From assembly GCA_045106895.1 (NCBI GenBank), contig JBGCFM010000156.1, positions 1 to 26,640 on the forward strand: DNA of 26,640 nt, in the 5' to 3' direction. Shown piece after piece: positions 1-9,426 of the stretch. Both the position numbers and the translations under genes were made by a program. The stretch comes from Polyangiales bacterium. GTDB lineage: Bacteria > Myxococcota_A > Polyangia > Polyangiales > Houyiibacteriaceae. The stretch's first letter is position 1. Every line of letters begins with the position of its first letter. The notes beneath the pieces are model-generated. The model was given only the letters and a program-made list of their open reading frames with translations, was not told where the DNA came from and ran no database searches.

Positions 1-1
1 G

Positions 2-880
2 GATGAGCTGCCCAACGACTAAGGCGAGTAGCGCGACGCTCGAAAGCTCGCACGCCGTGTAGACCTGGGCGCTCGACAGGCCCTGGAAGGCGAAGCAGCA
101 GACCAAGAGTGTAGCCAAAGCCCATGCTCCGAGCGCGCGTAGGCCCGAGCGGCCCCCGGCTCCGGTGTGGGACAGGGTGAACGCGCCGGCCAAGGCAACC
201 GCCGGAAAGATGCTAAGTAGATACGCACGATAAACGCCACTGGTTAGCAGCCCCCAGTCGGCTGCCAAAGGGTGTTCGTAGAGCTTCCAGAAACAGAAGA
301 TGCCGAACATCGGTACGAGCATCGCCGTGGATAGCCTTCGACTGAACACCGCGAGCACCAACGCAAACAACGCGAATATTCCGTGAAGCATCACCAACGC
401 GACGAGCCAGCTCCCCTCGGATTGCGCCCGCTGGTTCTGTAGGTTCTGTATGACGAAGGCGTCTCCGATGATCCAATCCGAGTGGGACAAGCGCCCAAAC
501 CACGAATCCGCGAATCGCACCGTCAGCGCATCGGTTCCGTCGCCGCGCAGCAACCTCTCGGGCAAGACGACGATGTCTGAGACACCGACCACTTCCGTCA
601 GTGGATCGAAGGACCCTTCCCCGGCCACCGGTGCGCCGTTGAGTTCGACCTCGTAAGCCCCCGTGATGCCGCCAAACCAAAGCGCGACGCCGCGCCCCGC
701 CGCGCTCCACCTTGGGGCGAGCGGAACGGTCTCATCGCAGACCCCGAACATGCACTCCTCACGTGCCCCGCTTTGGTGAGAGAGTACCTCGCAGCCCTCT
801 ACCGAAGAGGCAGACTGGTAGCCCGAGCATCCCAATGAGGAGCACACCAAAACCAACATCAGGGGCGACAAACGATGCAC
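2..880 (-). CDS. Membrane sensor-like protein, 7TM-DISM-like (extracellular beta domain + multiple TM helices); 3' end runs off the window
   Basis: Manual translation gives a stop-free frame from GTG 880 (alt. ATG 859) to the window edge: signal-like LMLVLVCSSLGC, then ...VALWFGGITGAYEVELNG... (resembles the evyvNG motif of DISM extracellular domains), then several hydrophobic segments (WLVALVMLHGIFALFALVLAVF etc.). Absent from the ORF track because it has no stop in the window. Confidence 0.7.
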   Translation of the reverse strand, partial: MHRLSPLMLVLVCSSLGCSGYQSASSVEGCEVLSHQSGAREECMFGVCDETVPLAPRWSAAGRGVALWFGGITGAYEVELNGAPVAGEGSFDPLTEVVGVSDIVVLPERLLRGDGTDALTVRFADSWFGRLSHSDWIIGDAFVIQNLQNQRAQSEGSWLVALVMLHGIFALFALVLAVFSRRLSTAMLVPMFGIFCFWKLYEHPLAADWGLLTSGVYRAYLLSIFPAVALAGAFTLSHTGAGGRSGLRALGAWALATLLVCCFAFQGLSSAQVYTACELSSVALLALVVGQLI

Positions 881-1091
881 AGCAGCGTCGGTTGTACCAT
901 CGATGGATGTGGCGTTGTCTCTCACGTCGCGCATGGACCGCCCTTCGTCCAAAGACACCCCGGCAAATGGAGCGACCCGCAGCAAGCGCGCCACGACCGA
1001 TGCTCCGACATTTCTAGGAAATCACGCCCAAAATGGCCGCGCTGGCGACTTTCGTTTCGTGATCTATCCGCATCGGCGGTATCAACGCGGC

Positions 1092-2738
1092 ATGACCACC
1101 GCCGCGCGAGAGCCCATTTCCAAGACCGCCGAGAGCCTCGGCATCGATTCGCCTTTCCTCCGAAGCTTCGGCCCAGAGATCACGAAGGTGTCTCCGGACT
1201 TTCTGAAAGCGCAGACCGCGGCCAAGGCGTCGCGGCTGGTGCTCGTGTCCGCCATCACGCCGACGCCCGCCGGCGAAGGAAAGACGACGAGCAGCATTGG
1301 CCTCGCTCAGGGTCTTGCGAAGATTGGCGAGTCCGTTTGTCTCGCGCTCCGCGAGCCTTCTCTTGGACCAGCCTTCGGTCGCAAAGGCGGCGCGACGGGC
1401 GGCGGCGCGAGCCAAGTGGTTCCGGCGGGTCGCATCAACCTGCACTTCACCGGCGACTTTCACGCCATCAGCTCCGCGCACAATCTGCTCGCAGCGCTCA
1501 TCGACAACCACCTTCACTTTGGCCAAGAGCCAACCCTCGACGCGCGCCGCGTGACCTGGCCACGCGTCATGGACATGAACGACCGCTCCCTTCGTAACGT
1601 GAACGTGGGCCTCGGCGGCCGCAGCCACGGCGTGCCGCGGGAGACGGGCTTCGACATCACGGCGGCGTCGGAAGTCATGGCGGCGCTTTGTCTCACGGAA
1701 GGCTTCGAAGACATGCGCGAGCGTCTTGGCCGTCTCATCGTCGGCCAAAGTCCCGGCCGCAAGTCCATCACAGCGGCGGACCTCAAAGCCCAGGGCGCCA
1801 TGCTGGCGCTCCTCCAGGACGCGCTTTGGCCGAACCTCGTGCAGACCACCGAAGGCGTGCCTGCCTTTGTCCACGGCGGCCCCTTCGCGAACATCGCCCA
1901 CGGCTGCAACAGCGTCTTGGCGACGCGCATGGCGCTCAAGGTCGCCGACTGGGCCATCACCGAAGCGGGCTTCGGCTTCGACCTCGGCGGCGAGAAGTTC
2001 TTCGACATCAAGTGTCGCTCGGCGGACCTCAACCCTGCACACGTGGTTCTCGTCGCCACCGTTCGCGCCCTCAAGTACCACGGCGGCACAGCCCTCGATG
2101 ACCTCTCCACCTCGGACCCCGCTGCGCTTCGAAAAGGCCTGCCGAACCTCGCGCGCCACGTGGAGAGCGTCCAGAGCTTCGACAAGTCGCCGCTGGTGGT
2201 GCTCAACCGCTTCACCCACGACACGGACGAAGAGATCGCCGTTCTTCGCGAGTACTGCGACAACGCCGGCATCGCCTTTGCTGCGAGCGATCACTTTACC
2301 CACGGTGGCGATGGCGCCATCGAGTTTGCGAAGACCCTCGTCGCGCAGAAAGACCAGCCGCTGACGCCCGTTCGTTTCAGCTACGAGCTCGAGTCCAGCG
2401 TCGAAGATAAGGTGCGCGCGGTCTCCACGCGCGTCTATGGCGCGAAGGATGTGTCGTTCACGGCGGCGGCAAAGCGCGCCATCCGCGGCATCAAAAAGAA
2501 GGGCTTCGCGAACTTGCCCGTGTGCATGGCCAAGACCCAGTCCTCACTCTCCGACGACCCCAAACGCCTCGGCCGCCCGGAGGACTTCACCATCACCATC
2601 CGCGACGTACAACTCAACGCCGGCGCCGGTTTCTTGGTGGTCATCACCGGCGACATCTTGCGCATGCCGGGTCTCCCCAAAGCGCCGCGTGCGCATAAGA
2701 TCGACATCCGTGACGGCGTCGCCGACGGAATGATGTAG
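1092..2738 (+). CDS. fhs: Formate--tetrahydrofolate ligase
   Basis: Signature motifs ITPTPAGEGKTT, ALREPSLGP, INLHFTGDFHAI, FDITAASEVMA, VHGGPFANIAHGCNS, TEAGFG, MAKTQSSLSDDP, MPGLP. ATG 1092 gives 548 aa, a typical length. Confidence 0.97.
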   Translation: MTTAAREPISKTAESLGIDSPFLRSFGPEITKVSPDFLKAQTAAKASRLVLVSAITPTPAGEGKTTSSIGLAQGLAKIGESVCLALREPSLGPAFGRKGGATGGGASQVVPAGRINLHFTGDFHAISSAHNLLAALIDNHLHFGQEPTLDARRVTWPRVMDMNDRSLRNVNVGLGGRSHGVPRETGFDITAASEVMAALCLTEGFEDMRERLGRLIVGQSPGRKSITAADLKAQGAMLALLQDALWPNLVQTTEGVPAFVHGGPFANIAHGCNSVLATRMALKVADWAITEAGFGFDLGGEKFFDIKCRSADLNPAHVVLVATVRALKYHGGTALDDLSTSDPAALRKGLPNLARHVESVQSFDKSPLVVLNRFTHDTDEEIAVLREYCDNAGIAFAASDHFTHGGDGAIEFAKTLVAQKDQPLTPVRFSYELESSVEDKVRAVSTRVYGAKDVSFTAAAKRAIRGIKKKGFANLPVCMAKTQSSLSDDPKRLGRPEDFTITIRDVQLNAGAGFLVVITGDILRMPGLPKAPRAHKIDIRDGVADGMM

Positions 2739-2801
2739 GGCGCCCCTTCGTTCGCTCGGCGTTCCGCAACGTCGGGCAGAACGTTCGGGTACCCTCCAAG
2801 G

Positions 2802-4358
2802 ATGAACGCACGCGCCGGGCTTCTTTGTGTATCCCTGCTGGCCAGCTTGATGGCCTGCACCTCCGAGCCGGAACCCGCCCGGCCCATCGATGTTGGACCG
2901 CGTGACACGAGCGCGGCGGACTCATTGGACCTCGAAGATGTAGCCCTCTCGGACGCCTCCGGCGTAGACGCTGCGACGCCTGATGCCGGCGCCGACGTGG
3001 GCGAAGACGACGCTGGCGGCGACAGCGGAGTAAGCGCCGTGCTCCGTGCGTTCCCCGGCGCCGAAGGTTTCGGCAGGGACGCCACAGGAGGCCGCGGCGG
3101 CGCGGTCTACAAGGTGACGAACTTGAACGACAGCGGCCCAGGGAGCTTCCGCGACGCGGTCTCTGCGCCAGGCCGAACAGTGCTCTTTGAGGTCGCGGGT
3201 TATATCGACACTCTCTCCACCATCGACGTGTTTCCGAACACGACCATCGCGGGGCAGACGGCGTTCCGTTCCGGTGGACAAGGCATCACCCTGCGCCGCG
3301 CTGCGGCTCACCCCGGCGGCCCGCTCCTGACGAGTGGCGGAAATACCATCGTCCGGCACATTCGTTTTCGGCCGGGAAGCCGAGTCGAAGGGGACTGCTG
3401 CGGCGATGCGTGGCTCGCCTACGAGACCTCGAACCTCATCTTCGATCACGTGAGCGCAAGCTACTCGTCGGATGAGATGTTCGACTTCACGGGGACGACG
3501 AATGTCACGATTCAGAACTCGATTTTGAGCGAACCGCTGAGCGAAGTCTCGAGTCCCGCTGCCGGCGGAAAGACGGTGATGGGCGCGAACACGGACCGGA
3601 TTTCTATCTACCGGACGCTCATCGCCAACTCGTCCCAGCGAAACCCGCTGCTGACGCCGCCGAATGGCGTCAGCACGACGCATGAGTATGAGTACGTGAA
3701 TTGCTACGGCTTCAACTTGGGGTCATTCGGTCTCACCACCGGCGGAAACGACAGCGGCGCACCGATTCACATGAACATCGTCGGAAACTACTGGCACGAC
3801 GCCGTGGGGACATCGCGGCGCTGGGTGCAGCTCTTCGGCGAGACCAACAGTCTCTACTTTCTCTCCGACGACAACTTTGATTCACGCTACCGAACGAGCG
3901 CCGGTGGCGACGTCTGGGACGACATCACGGCCATCACCGACGACTACGAGAGCAACTTCTCGCGTCCCCAAAGCACCGACTATCAGGCGACGACGGCGCA
4001 CGCGCTGCCCCTCGCCGATGGAACCGCGCTCATCGACGGCAGCGAGATTTGGTCCACGCTCGGTGGCGAGTTCGGCGCGAGTCTCTTCCGTGACGCCGCC
4101 GACCTTCGCGTCGTCGCCCAGATCAACGGCAACGACGCGCCGGACTGGTCCATCGGACCTCTCGATGAGAGTGATTTCGGAACCGCGTATTCGCCCATCG
4201 CCGCGATGTCTGACGTTGCCAGCGACGGCGACGGCGACGGCATCCCGGACGCCTTCGAAATGAGCCTTGGAAGTGACGCCGACAGCGCGGACCAGAACGA
4301 AGACGAGGACGGGGATGGGTATACGAACCTCGAGGAGTACCTGAACTCCCTCATGTGA
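2802..4358 (+). CDS. Pectate lyase-like (PL1, beta-helix) lipoprotein
   Basis: Lipobox LMAC, acidic linker, AFPGAEGFG..ATGGRGG..YKVTNLNDSGPGSFRDAV, IFDHVS, QRNP, and C-terminal Ca-binding-like DGDGDGIPD / DGDGYTNLEEYLN. Confidence 0.85.
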   Translation: MNARAGLLCVSLLASLMACTSEPEPARPIDVGPRDTSAADSLDLEDVALSDASGVDAATPDAGADVGEDDAGGDSGVSAVLRAFPGAEGFGRDATGGRGGAVYKVTNLNDSGPGSFRDAVSAPGRTVLFEVAGYIDTLSTIDVFPNTTIAGQTAFRSGGQGITLRRAAAHPGGPLLTSGGNTIVRHIRFRPGSRVEGDCCGDAWLAYETSNLIFDHVSASYSSDEMFDFTGTTNVTIQNSILSEPLSEVSSPAAGGKTVMGANTDRISIYRTLIANSSQRNPLLTPPNGVSTTHEYEYVNCYGFNLGSFGLTTGGNDSGAPIHMNIVGNYWHDAVGTSRRWVQLFGETNSLYFLSDDNFDSRYRTSAGGDVWDDITAITDDYESNFSRPQSTDYQATTAHALPLADGTALIDGSEIWSTLGGEFGASLFRDAADLRVVAQINGNDAPDWSIGPLDESDFGTAYSPIAAMSDVASDGDGDGIPDAFEMSLGSDADSADQNEDEDGDGYTNLEEYLNSLM

Positions 4359-4395
4359 GCTCCGCGCCCGCGTTTTTCGCCGCGCCGCTTAGGTC

Positions 4396-4424
4396 TTGCG
4401 CGACGCGACCTTCGTACCTAGAAC
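4396..4424 (+). promoter_or_regulatory. sigma70-like promoter of the GST gene (probably leaderless transcript)
   Basis: TTGCGC (4396-4401), 17 nt spacer, TAGAAC (4419-4424), 7 nt to ATG 4432; no Shine-Dalgarno. Confidence 0.4.
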
Positions 4425-4431
4425 CGGCGGC

Positions 4432-5097
4432 ATGAGCGTCGTTCTTCATCATCTCAACAACTCCCGTTCCCAGCGCATTCTTTGGCTCCTGGAGGAGCTG
4501 GAGATCCCTTACGAGGTGAAGCGCTACGAGCGCGACCTGAAGACCATGCGCGCGCCGGACTCACTCACGGCGATTCATCCGCTGGGCAAGTCACCGGTGC
4601 TCGAGCACGAGGGCCGCACCTTCGCAGAGACCGGCGCCATCGTGGAGTACATCCTGGATGCTCTCGCGAAGGGAGCGCTGCGGCCTGAGGCGGGGACAGA
4701 CGCGTTCTACCGTTACCGTTTCTTCCTTCACTACGCCGAGGGCTCACTGATGACGCCGCTTCTTGTGAAGCTCATCATGGGTCAGGTTCGTGACGCGCCG
4801 GTTCCTTTCTTCTTGAAGCCCATCATGAAGGGCGTCGCCTCAAAGGTAGACGGAAACTTCACGGACCCAGAGATCACGAAACACATGAAGTTCTTGAACG
4901 ACGAGCTCAAAGGACGCGAGTGGTTCGCCGGGGAACTCAGCGGCGCGGACATCATGCTGAGCTTTCCTTTGGAAGCCGCCGGCGCCCGTGTTGAGCTTGG
5001 CCGCTACGCGAATATCAAAGCATTCGTCGAACGTGTTCACGCGCGCCCCGCTTACGCCCGGGCGCTCGAGCGTGGCGGTCCCTACGACTACGCGTAG
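4432..5097 (+). CDS. Glutathione S-transferase (GTT1-like)
   Basis: LHHLNNSRSQRILWLLEEL, HPLGKSPVL, ETGAIVEYI, LHYAEGSLM, LSGADIMLSFPL. Confidence 0.95.
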   Translation: MSVVLHHLNNSRSQRILWLLEELEIPYEVKRYERDLKTMRAPDSLTAIHPLGKSPVLEHEGRTFAETGAIVEYILDALAKGALRPEAGTDAFYRYRFFLHYAEGSLMTPLLVKLIMGQVRDAPVPFFLKPIMKGVASKVDGNFTDPEITKHMKFLNDELKGREWFAGELSGADIMLSFPLEAAGARVELGRYANIKAFVERVHARPAYARALERGGPYDYA

Positions 5098-5111
5098 GCA
5101 CCCCGGCCGAC

Positions 5112-5600
5112 CTACGCCGCTCGTGCGAACTGACTGAGCTTCTGTTCGGAGGCGACGCCGGTCTCGATGAAGGTCTTCAGGTCGATGCAGATCTGATCGC
5201 ACATCTTGTTCATCTGACGCTTCATCATCCACCCCATCATGAAGGCGGGGACCGGTTTGAGCTCGGCTTTGATGCAGAAATGAATCTCGCTCTCGTGAGG
5301 CCCCTTCGCGTAGAGAGTCCAGGTGTTGCCAAGGTGCGTCATCATGCCCGGCGCGCCGTCCACGACGGTGTAGGCGAAGGAGCGAGCCTTCGGGTCAAAG
5401 TGGGTGACGCGCTCCGTGATGGTTCCCATGCCATCCACGGTGCATTGGCGGTCGGCGACGCCGGCGGGGCCAACTTCCGTGAGCTCTTCGGAGCTCGCGA
5501 TGCCGCAGGCCCATGCGCCGACGTTATGAAAGTCGTCGGCGAGGATGCTCCAGGCTCTTTCGACGGGGACTTTGACGGTGATGCTTCGTTTGATTTCCAT
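5112..5600 (-). CDS. SRPBCC / polyketide cyclase-dehydrase family protein
   Basis: From ATG 5600: MEIKRSITVKVPVERAWSILADDF...ITERVTHFDP..RSFAYTVV; 162 aa with C-terminal helix typical of the fold. Confidence 0.88.
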   Translation of the reverse strand: MEIKRSITVKVPVERAWSILADDFHNVGAWACGIASSEELTEVGPAGVADRQCTVDGMGTITERVTHFDPKARSFAYTVVDGAPGMMTHLGNTWTLYAKGPHESEIHFCIKAELKPVPAFMMGWMMKRQMNKMCDQICIDLKTFIETGVASEQKLSQFARAA

Positions 5601-5644
5601 TCTCACACTCTGGTGACCGGCGAGGCGCGAGACCATGCCGAATC

Positions 5645-5671
5645 CTGCATAGGTGTGCTGCACGATTGCAG
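5645..5671. promoter_or_regulatory. Candidate LysR operator upstream of the SRPBCC gene
   Basis: Dyad CTGCA-cgat-TGCAG (5658-5671) with a further CTGCA half-site at 5645-5649, 45-70 nt upstream of the SRPBCC start and next to a LysR gene. Confidence 0.35.
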
Positions 5672-5854
5672 CCTCGCCCTTTTTGTCGTTCGTGGTGAGA
5701 GCCCATCTCATTACTGCGGCCACATTTGGGTCAGAGTGCTTCGACTTTACTGTCCGCGAAGCGATGAACTGTGGTGCATTTTTGAGCTGAGGGGATGAGT
5801 GAAAGGCGGTGTGCTCCGGCCGCAATGTGGCCGTGCATAGTGATGGGATGGGCT

Positions 5855-6760
5855 CTAGGCAACGATGGTGGGCAAACGGGGCCGCCGCCCGTGGATGAGG
5901 TCTTCATCGCGCTCGATAAGCTCCGCGACGAAGTCCATGAACGCGCGAATTCGCCCCGTTCGCCGAAGCTGCTCGTGGGTGAGCGCCCAGAGGTACGTCC
6001 CCCCTTCGAAGTAGGACCCAAGACGCTGAAGCTTGGCCGATGAGTCACCCATAAAACACGGGAGCACGGACACACCCTCCCCGCGCTCCATCGATTGCCG
6101 GAGGCGATGCATGGTGTTGATGCGCAGCACCACCTGGGCGCCCTTCGCGACGCGGTCGATAACGCGGTCCGTCGGCTCTGAGTAGGGCTCGTCCCATCCG
6201 ATCCATGGATACGCCGCGTACTCCGGCGCTGCCTCGCTCTTCATCTCTTGGATAAGGTCGGTGCTTGCGTAGACCGCATAGAAGACTTCCGTGAGGCGAC
6301 GACCCACAAGCTGCTCAGGCGGCATCACCGTGAGACGCAGCGCCACGTCGGCTTCGCGGCGGAGTAGATCTGCGCTCCTCGCCGACGCCGTGAGCGCCAA
6401 ACGCATACGGGGATGGCGTTTTCGAAACTCGGCAAAGTCTGCCTGCCACAGGTCGAAGACCATGTCCAAGCTCGCCACGCGCAGGGCCCCTTGAACGGCG
6501 TCGTCGAGTCCGTGCACCGTGGCATCAAGCTGGAGAACCTCTTGCTCCATACGCTCCGCGGCGGCAACGGCGCTCGTGCCGGCTTCGGTGGGGAGCATGC
6601 CCGAAGAGCTTCGGTCAAAGAGCGTCACTTCGAGGGACGCCTCCAGCGCGTGGATGCGTCGCGTGACCGTCGTGGCGTTTACTCGCAGCGCTTTCCCGGC
6701 GGCGGTCGCATTCTCGTGTCGTGCCATCGCCAATACGTACTTGAGGTCTTCCCAGTTCAA
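5855..6760 (-). CDS. LysR family transcriptional regulator
   Basis: N-terminal HTH MNWEDLKYVLAMAR...TTVTRRIHALEASLEVTLFDR; DLLRREADVALR; 301 aa; TTG start with GAGGGGAG upstream. Confidence 0.95.
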   Translation of the reverse strand: MNWEDLKYVLAMARHENATAAGKALRVNATTVTRRIHALEASLEVTLFDRSSSGMLPTEAGTSAVAAAERMEQEVLQLDATVHGLDDAVQGALRVASLDMVFDLWQADFAEFRKRHPRMRLALTASARSADLLRREADVALRLTVMPPEQLVGRRLTEVFYAVYASTDLIQEMKSEAAPEYAAYPWIGWDEPYSEPTDRVIDRVAKGAQVVLRINTMHRLRQSMERGEGVSVLPCFMGDSSAKLQRLGSYFEGGTYLWALTHEQLRRTGRIRAFMDFVAELIERDEDLIHGRRPRLPTIVA

Positions 6761-6873
6761 TGCGCCAACTCCCCTCGTCCACGTAGAGCGAGCCCAAGAC
6801 CCAACACTGCGCGGACTCTTGCCACGTGGATGCAGCCCGGGGCCCGAGCGTCAACCCCTCCACGTAACCTGAA

Positions 6874-8208
6874 TCAGAACGCGCCGGCGACACTCGCTGC
6901 GTCGACGGTAATGATGAGCCGCCCGGGCGTTGGCACGCGGAGGAAAAGGCCGCTCTCATCCCCGAAGACCACTCCTCCCGTAGCTGGCGCCTCAAAGTTG
7001 GCGTCCACGCTGACCCCGTCGAGATTGAGCGCGAGGGCCCGAAAGCCAGCCACGGCACGCTCACGGAGCTCGCCCAGGGCGCCATCCACGGGGTGCCGCC
7101 AGCGCCTTAACGAATCGAAGAGCGTGGCGCCCAGCTCGTCGAATGACTCGTCGCGAATCGCAGCAGCGGTGGCATCGCTCCAGCGCAGCGCGCCTAGTTT
7201 CAACGCGCCACCCTCATGCAGCAGCGTGCCCGTCACCCAGAGGTTGGCCACGGACGCGCCGCTCAGCTGGATACTCATAGCGACGCCGCCGTCGACGACG
7301 CGCAGCTCGACGCCGTTCACGACGGCGCCTTCGAGAGTGACGCCCTGCATCGCCAACTGAAGCGCATTCTGAATTTCGGACAGCTCAAGCGGCAGCTCGA
7401 AGTTCGCCACGAAGGGCGGCGCTGGGCTCTCGAGCGGTGGCGGCAACGCGCCGGCTACGTGAAAAGGGATGCGAGGCCCGATCCAGAAGCGGCCCACCAC
7501 GGCGAGGCGCAAACGTAGCTGTGTTGCGTCTCCGCTCAGGGCATCGACGCGCAAACCGACAGGCTGCATACCGAGACGCAGCGCGGGGTCCGCCGCGTCG
7601 AGGTCGAGGGGGATCGCGGACAGCGCCCAAGCCTGCGTGAGTACACTCGCCAAGTCGAAGTTCGCCGCCTGCGCGTCGATCTCCCGCGCGGCGCGAGCTT
7701 GGGCTTCGGCCACATAGGGGTCGATCATCGAAGTAACGTCGATGCTGAGGAAGGAGACCCGGCAGCGTCGCGACCATCGGCGGCGTCCTGCGGTGGTCAC
7801 GGTAGCGAGGCTCCAGGCGTCGTCGATGCGAAGCTCGGTTCGAAGCGTGACGTCCACTTGCGGCCTGCGGGCGCCGACGCCGCAGGAGAAACGGAGCGGG
7901 CCCACACTGGCGCGCGCCCAAAACTCGACAGGCACGGTCCAGAGGAGTCCGCCGTCGCCGGGCTCCAGGCGCAATGGACCACGCAGCGCCTCGGCCTGAA
8001 GCCGAGAGCTGCGCTCACGGTGAATCGGGTTTGGAAACTCGCGGTCGAGGGTCTCCTGAATCGCGTCCGTGCGCAGTACCAGGTCGACGTAGACCTCGGA
8101 CTCCGCCAGCTCCGGGGCGGCGATGGACCCGGCCACGGGACCCGGCACCAAAGCCGGCGGTATGGTAGCGCCGCATCCGCAGGCAAGGAGGAGGAGCAAT
8201 CGACTCAT
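6874..8208 (-). CDS. DUF4403-like lipoprotein
   Basis: Probable start MSRLLLLLACGC (signal/lipobox); beta-rich body with RGPLRL, ELRIDDAWSL, CRVSFLSIDVT resembling DUF4403 proteins. Family call from memory. Confidence 0.55.
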   Translation of the reverse strand: MSRLLLLLACGCGATIPPALVPGPVAGSIAAPELAESEVYVDLVLRTDAIQETLDREFPNPIHRERSSRLQAEALRGPLRLEPGDGGLLWTVPVEFWARASVGPLRFSCGVGARRPQVDVTLRTELRIDDAWSLATVTTAGRRRWSRRCRVSFLSIDVTSMIDPYVAEAQARAAREIDAQAANFDLASVLTQAWALSAIPLDLDAADPALRLGMQPVGLRVDALSGDATQLRLRLAVVGRFWIGPRIPFHVAGALPPPLESPAPPFVANFELPLELSEIQNALQLAMQGVTLEGAVVNGVELRVVDGGVAMSIQLSGASVANLWVTGTLLHEGGALKLGALRWSDATAAAIRDESFDELGATLFDSLRRWRHPVDGALGELRERAVAGFRALALNLDGVSVDANFEAPATGGVVFGDESGLFLRVPTPGRLIITVDAASVAGAF

Positions 8209-8299
8209 CAGGCGATGATGATGCTCGCACGCTCCGCGTGCCAGGGCGGTAGCTTGGGTCATCGGCGGCACTGGAACTGGGCGTTCCCATGAACGAGCC

Positions 8300-8327
8300 T
8301 TGCAAGTTGAGAAATCGCCCCTAAAAA
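8300..8327 (+). promoter_or_regulatory. sigma70-like promoter of the RND operon (probably leaderless transcript)
   Basis: TTGCAA (8300-8305), 16 nt spacer, TAAAAA (8322-8327), 7 nt to ATG 8335. Confidence 0.4.
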
Positions 8328-8334
8328 CGCGCCC

Positions 8335-9426
8335 ATGGCGCGCAGGCTTCTCTTTGTTCTCTTGTCGCTAACGGCGTGTGGAAGCGAAGAACAAGCGGAA
8401 GCACGGCGAGCGCCGCCGCCGGCACGCGTCGAGGTCGCCGCGGTTCGGACGGATGCGCTGCGCGTAGAGCGTCGTTACCTCGGAGAGGTTCGCTCCCTTG
8501 AGGACGCCATCGTCGGCGCCAGCGCATCTGGCGAGGTCGTGGCTGTGCTCGTTCGCGAAGGCGAACGTGTCGCCGCCGGAGACGTCCTCGTTCGAATCGA
8601 CGCCGCAACGCGCCGTGCATCTCTGGCGTCGGTTCGCGCCGCTCGCGACCAGATCACCGAAGAGCTGTCGCAAGCGCAGCGAGAGCAGGAACGACTCCGA
8701 GGAGCAGGCCGCAACATCGTCGCCGAGGTTGAGATCGAGCGCAGTGCGAGCCAAGTCACCGCGTTGCGTGCTCAGCTCGCCCGCGCAGACGCGCAGCTTC
8801 GAGAATCACGGCAGGCCCTCGCGGAACACCGTGTCGTCGCTGCGTTCCCAGGCGTGGTGAGCCGGCGAATCGTCAGCGTGGGGGACTACGTGAACATCGG
8901 CCAAGCGATGATGGAGCTCGTCTCCACGGATCGCGCAGAGGTCTTGGTCCGTGTGGAACCTGAGCTCTTGGCGTCGGTGGAGCGCGGGATGAGCGTGACC
9001 ATCGAGGGCGGCGACGCGAGCGCGAGGGGGCATATCGATGGCATCGTCCCAGCGCTCGAAGCACGAACCCGGACGGCGCAGCTTCGCGTCGCCGTCGAGG
9101 AAGAAGCCCCTTGGCTCCTCGCGGGCTCCGCCGTGAACGTCGCCATCACCATCGAGCGCGCTCTCGGCGAGGGCGAATGGGTGGTGCCGCGCGACGCCTT
9201 GGTCTACGGCGTCGCCGGAGCCCGCCTCTTCGTCGTGCGCGACGGGAGTGCCGTGAGCCTCGACGTGGAGATCATCGAGCAGAGCGAAGCGCGAGTTTTA
9301 GTTCGCGCCGAGCTAGAGAGCGATGACAGCGTGGTCACCCGCGGGAACGACCGCCTTCGTCCCGGGCAAGGCGTGACGCGACAAGAGGCCACCGAGAGCC
9401 CAGCTGAGGACTCCACCGATGGCTGA
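8335..9426 (+). CDS. RND efflux periplasmic adaptor (membrane fusion protein), lipoprotein
   Basis: Lipobox LTAC; lipoyl half-motifs SGEVVAVLVREGERVAAGDVLVRID and AAFPGVVSRRIVSVGDYV around a coiled hairpin; VPRDAL; RLRPGQ. Confidence 0.95.
   Translation: MARRLLFVLLSLTACGSEEQAEARRAPPPARVEVAAVRTDALRVERRYLGEVRSLEDAIVGASASGEVVAVLVREGERVAAGDVLVRIDAATRRASLASVRAARDQITEELSQAQREQERLRGAGRNIVAEVEIERSASQVTALRAQLARADAQLRESRQALAEHRVVAAFPGVVSRRIVSVGDYVNIGQAMMELVSTDRAEVLVRVEPELLASVERGMSVTIEGGDASARGHIDGIVPALEARTRTAQLRVAVEEEAPWLLAGSAVNVAITIERALGEGEWVVPRDALVYGVAGARLFVVRDGSAVSLDVEIIEQSEARVLVRAELESDDSVVTRGNDRLRPGQGVTRQEATESPAEDSTDG

Noticed and set aside
19..710. Listed ORFs 19-240, 213-710 and 450-656
   Set aside because: Alternative-frame or antisense shadows of the real minus-strand frame 880 to the edge.
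903..1091. N-terminal extension of fhs, or a ZTP/THF riboswitch upstream of fhs
   Set aside because: Fhs similarity begins at ATG 1092; the ZTP hallmarks (GACUGGCG plus downstream CGCCUGGGC) are not present. An Infernal scan would be decisive.
5092..5117. Inverted repeat GCGTAGG...CCTACGC between convergent GST and SRPBCC genes as a terminator
   Set aside because: Formed largely by the two Ala-TAG gene ends, 12-nt loop and no U-tract.
5601..5825. 75-aa N-terminal extension of the SRPBCC ORF
   Set aside because: Non-homologous-looking sequence that covers the probable promoter/operator region.
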